A stretch of 64,000 nt of DNA, from the NCBI GenBank assembly GCA_964016885.1, contig OZ024742.1, forward strand, positions 339,202,001 to 339,266,000, in the 5' to 3' direction. Each line of letters begins with the position of its first letter. The stretch's first letter is position 1. The position numbers were made by a program, and so were the translations under genes. Under the pieces are notes generated by a model that saw only the letters and a list, made by a program, of their open reading frames with translations, was not told the DNA's origin and made no database searches. Of this stretch, positions 59,046 through 64,000 are shown in pieces. The stretch comes from Eledone cirrhosa (taxonomy: Eukaryota).

Positions 59046-61288
59046 CTATTTACTAATAATGACACTTGGGTAAAAACATCTAACCCAGATAACCCATTCG
59101 ATGTCTCAATGGGTTCTTTTGACAGCGCTGACGTGTGTGATTTAGTCGGCCTATTCCTCCTACACACACTTAAAGAGAAATTCCCTAACCATACCATTGG
59201 GCTTTATCGCGACGATGATCTAATACTTTCCCATACCACTATAGGCCATAACTTAGATAGATTCAGGAAAGACTTAATAAAAACCTTCACTAGTTTTAAT
59301 CATAAAATTACCATTGACACTAACCTTTCTAATGTTAATTTTCTAGATATAAACCTAGATCTGCCTACTGCTTCTTATAAACCGTACCATAAACCTAATG
59401 ATAATTTAAAATATATAAATAAAGGCTCTTGCCATCCTCCTATAGTTTTTAAAAATCTTATCCCTAATATTAGCCGTAGGATCTCCACCCTCTCTTCCTC
59501 AGAAGCTATTTTCAATAAGGCATCCCCCTACTATAATAATGCCCTTCAAAATAGCGGATTTAGCGAATCGATTAAGTACATACCCAACAATACTAACTCC
59601 TTTAAACATAATAATAGGAAAAGAAAAATAATCTGGTTCACACCCCCCTACTCTTTAGCAGTTAAAACTAATGTAGGCAAAACATTCCTAGAGCTCTTAG
59701 ATAAATATTTCCCTAGAACACATAGATACTATAAGATCTTCAATAGAAACTATGTCAAAATCAGCTACTCCTGCGGCCCCCCTATTAAATCTTATATCAT
59801 AAATAAGAAAATACCCAGAGAATATCAAAATTGCTCCTGTAGAGTCAAAAGTGAATGCCCATTACAAGGTAAATGCAACACCAAAGCCATTGTATATGCG
59901 GCTAAAGTGACAACCACCAGCAACAACCTACCAGCCACCAGCGAACAATATGTGGGTATGACACAATACAAATTCAAAATGCGTTATTACTCACATGTCG
60001 CATCTTTCCGACATCCTGAAAAAAGATTTACAACAGCTCTGGCTAGCAGAATATAGAATTTGAAAGACCAAGGTATCCAATATAAATTAGATTGGTCAAT
60101 TTTGAACCAATCTAAAGAATATGCAAGAGGAACAAGAAGATGCGCACTCTGCATAAGTGAAAAATATTGGATTTTACAGAACCTTAAATCACCAAAAACC
60201 TGCCTAAATGGAAAGACAGAAATTTTCACCAGTTGCCCACACATGAAATCACACTTGCTTTCCAGCTCATATAAACTTAACTCACTTTCAGATACTTATC
60301 CTCTATAAACTCTTGTTCTTCACTTTCCTTAACTTGCCTTCTTTACAGACTTCTCTTTCTGATTTACTTTTATTTTTATTTTTGATTTTATTTTTACTTC
60401 ACACCCACCAGTGACCCCCCCCCCCCTGTTTTTTGATTCACTTACTTTATATCTTCCCAATTTTACATATTTTACTTCCCCCTTTTTTTCACTACCTGAT
60501 ATCACATGTCACTTGCGTTTTCAACACCAGATATATTCTGTTGTCCCTCAGCCGCTTTTATGTATGTTTACTTGCGTATAATTTGTGCTCATTTATTCAT
60601 ACGGCTGGTTTTTATATTGTATGTATGCGTGTAAGTGTGCATATGTGTGTATACGTGTTTGTATATGTATACGAATGCATTCGTATGTGCGCGTGTATGT
60701 GTATATGTGTGTTTTTATATCTATGGTTTAAAAACCATAGATATACTTTCATACTTGTATGTGTATATATTTCAATCCTTAGTGCCTGTGTCTGTATGTA
60801 CGCTAACTCTATTATCTTACAATTTCTTTTTTCAACATATATTATATACGTATTTGTGGTCACACATACACTGATATGCTTGCCCTCATGTATGTACTTA
60901 CGAACACATTTTTTCACTATACACATGCATTTGTACATACACACATATGTACATTTGTAGGTGCATATACACACATTTATACACATACCCTTACTATATT
61001 TCCTTATTTTATTTTTATATATCTCTTGCATTACTTTTATTTATATATATTTTTTTGCCCGTTAAACTTTTGCCTTTCTTGTGGAGATTTTTCAAATATT
61101 TCAGTTTTAAATTGCCTTGTCTGACGAACGAATGAGGACGTTTCTTGTATCTTATTCGGGAAACCTCTGGTAATGAGGTAATTATATTGTATTGTTTATT
61201 ATACATTAAATTTAGCTCTGTAACTTACATAGAGCACTCTTCACTCCTATGACTTTTTCAATTTTCAACGGAAATTTCAATACTTATG

Positions 61289-61290
<2 letters not shown>
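59046..61290 (+). mobile_element. 5'-truncated Penelope-like element (RT C-half plus GIY-YIG to 60308, 3' UTR, HHR)
   Basis: FDVSMGSFDSADVCDLVG, GLYRDDD, FLDI..YKPYHKPN, IIWFTPPYS, CSCRVKSECPLQGKC..IVYAA..YVGMT..FKMR, CALCISEK; one stop at 60054. Confidence 0.93.
61110..61183 (+). ncRNA. Intact type-I hammerhead ribozyme
   Basis: aattgccttgt CTGACGA a-cgaatgagg..tcttattcg-g GAAA cc-tct-gg TA atgaggtaatt. Confidence 0.88.
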
Positions 61291-61323
<33 letters not shown>

Positions 61324-61449
61324 GTTATTCCGGGTTGAATCGGAGGTAACCACAGTAAGTAAGGTACTCAATACATAGCAGAGTATAACAGTTTTAATAT
61401 TTCTAATGAATGAAACAGTTCTAGTCCTGTAGAATCTCATCTATATTAA

Positions 61450-61486
<37 letters not shown>

Positions 61487-62986
61487 TAGATAGATAGATG
61501 TATGTATGTATGTATGTATGTATGTATGTATGTATGTATGTATGTATGTATGTATATAAATATATATATGTATATATATATATATGTATATATAGTTAAA
61601 CAAATAAAACAAAACAAGCAAAAATACAAAAATACAGTCTTACAAGGATCACGCCGCTTGGGAGGAAGTGGAAGAGGGTCTACGTTCCGGATGAAAGTCC
61701 TTCTTCAGGTAATGGAGAGATCGGGTAGGTACAAGTAAGTTTGGAAAAGATATGTACATGAAGGATATGCTAACGTATCAATGGTACTAAAGAGAAACGA
61801 TTAAAGGTTTCTAATTTAGGCACAAGGCTAGCAATTTGGGCGAAAATTTGACTCCGTACTTGACTGGAACTATATTTTATCGACATTTTCTATACATATC
61901 TGAAAAGTACTTCTCCAAGGCACATGCCTGGGTAAGTTTCTTTTTAAAGGAAAACGAGTAGTTGCTTGTACATGAAACTATCCCCTCTTCATGCCACCGG
62001 CGTTGTCCAAGAGAAAGGCAAAAGCCGACACACCATGGCATCAACGACGTCATAAGTGAATCCAGAAGGTAACAAGCTAAAAGAAATACCAAAGGGTATC
62101 ATGCCACCATCTTGGATTAATACTTTATTTCTAAACACCGAAATGATGAAAAGAATAGCTGTCCTCAGCGAGATTTAAAATCAGGATTTAAAGAACCGGA
62201 AATAAAACTGAGGCATTTTATCAAGCGTTTTACTGTACTGCCATTTCACGCCCCCTTGAAATAATTAATGTGTACTCAAATGTTTTAGGGTTACTTTATT
62301 TATTGACTCCGAATAGATGAATAGTAAATTAAATTTGATCTCAGTGAGGTTGAAATCAAAGAGATGAGAAGTGGAATAAATACGCCAACGTATTTTGTTG
62401 TACAATCTGACGACTACCAATTCACTGCTATTGCTACAAACAAACCATGGGACATTCGAGTGATATTTATTACCAACTAGGTTGGTACAGAATTTCTTTG
62501 AATTTCATAAACTCATTTACTATTCGTCGTGTATTATGTTGCTTAGAAAAGCAAAAATAGATAAATAAATAAACAAAACACAAATAAAAAGTAAAAAAAA
62601 TAAGAATAAAAAAGTTTTATGTTAACTCAACTGAATAATATTATAGATTACGAGTAGGCAGATTGAGATCAATAAAAGAATCAAGTTAGCTTCAGTTGAA
62701 TCAACAACTAGTCTACAGCAAATAGAATTAAAAAAACACACGCCATCTGATTCAACAGAAAAAAATGTCACATTCTACATAATACACTGTGTGACATCTG
62801 ATCAGTGTTGCTGGATCTTCCTTCCATATCAATAACTCCTTCTTTTATATTGTTTTTTTGTTTGTTTGTTGTTTTTGTTGTTAAGCCTCAGGTCAGCAAC
62901 CCTGGTGAAAAGACAGACCTATCACCAAATGAATTTCGTCGTGATCACCCTGTTTTGCTTTTATTTTGTGTATCTTGGACTACATA

Positions 62987-63434
62987 GGCGGCAAATTGGC
63001 AGAGTTGTTAGAACGTCAGATCGAATGCTTTGTGGTATTCATTCTGGCTCTCTGCTCTGTGAGTTCAAATCAACTGAGATCAACTTAGCTTTTCACCCAT
63101 TCGAGGTCGATAAAAGAGTACCAGTCTAGTACTGGGGTAGATTATTGCTCAATATCTCTTTCTCAATTCTATTCTCTCACATTCTATCCTTCTTTGGAAG
63201 AAATTTATTGTATTCAGAATTGGAGAGGGGTGAACTCTGTCAGGCTTAAAATAATTGTTTCTACTTTTGGCACAAGGCCAGCAATTACCCAGTGCATTAC
63301 TGGTACTTTATTTTATCGACCCCGTAGGGATGAAAGGCAAAGTTAACCTCGGCGGGATTTGAACTCAGACCGTAAAGGGACGTAACTATGCTGGAAAGCA
63401 TGGCGTCCGACGCTCTTCCGGTACTGCCAATCCA
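62987..63434. mobile_element. Old SINE (plus, 62987-63140) and young SINE (minus, 63251-63434)
   Basis: B box and core motif. Further decayed copies lie at ~61806-62430. Confidence 0.85.
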
Positions 63435-63547
63435 TAATGCCCTAGAAACACTCTTTGTCAATATCGCACCCTTACGACTTCCTCAGGAGTTATGGAACCA
63501 TACATACATCTAAGACTATATTTTCAAATATGTCATTCTTATTTTAA

Positions 63548-63838
63548 CCCTTTAGCATTTAAACCAGCCATATCCGGCCAGAATCTCTCACCTGTTTCTG
63601 TTCAAACCAGCTGTAATCAGCCACTCATACCGACGTTAAGGTATGTTCTCAAAGTAAGTAATATCAAAATCATAGATTCGATGTTATGTGAGATAATTAT
63701 GTAAGGTAAAGCATTTACTGTGAAAATATAATAGTATATATAGAGTAATGTAAATGTTATGTGAGATATTATGTGAGGTAAAGCCTTTACTGTGAAAATA
63801 CAATAGTATATATATAGAGTAATGTAAATGCTAAAGGG
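63548..63838. mobile_element. piggyBac-type MITE
   Basis: TTAA-CCCTTTAGCATTTA ... TAAATGCTAAAGGG-TTAA, with an internal ~75-bp tandem duplication. Confidence 0.85.
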
Positions 63839-64000
63839 TTAAGGCCATAGGGTGTAATTTGCTATCGCTTAGTCAGGAAAAATAAGGCAGTAACTATCGG
63901 TAACTTTTCAGGGCCCCCGGAACGCTTGAGAAGGGAGAAAGAATCCTTAAGCCAGAGAACTGATCTGAATGCTTGCGCCAGAGGGAGCTACTATCTCGAT

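Overview
AT-rich, microsatellite-saturated animal DNA, probably cephalopod: the repeated tRNA-headed SINE resembles Octopus SINEs (recalled, not searched). No host gene is recognisable; most listed ORFs are microsatellite artefacts. Contents: (i) a Helitron remnant; (ii) three long and three short copies of Tx1/L1-clade LINEs (CCHC ORF1; APE-RT-zinc-finger ORF2), most inside or ending in (CTAT)n/(GATA)n tracts and with covarying UTR hairpins; (iii) five decayed Penelope-like elements (RT and/or GIY-YIG); (iv) SINEs and Tc1/mariner, hAT and piggyBac-type MITEs; (v) about 20 intact or degenerate type-I hammerhead ribozyme (HHR) motifs from many unrelated families. The HHRs lie at Penelope 3' ends and in short non-coding fold-back or tandem units inserted in (TA)n. 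The best candidates for an undescribed system are these non-coding HHR units (595-bp and 438-bp retrozyme-like monomers, and a unit with HHRs on both strands) and the apparently (GATA)n-targeted Tx1 LINEs. All pairings and alignments were done by eye; boundaries are approximate.
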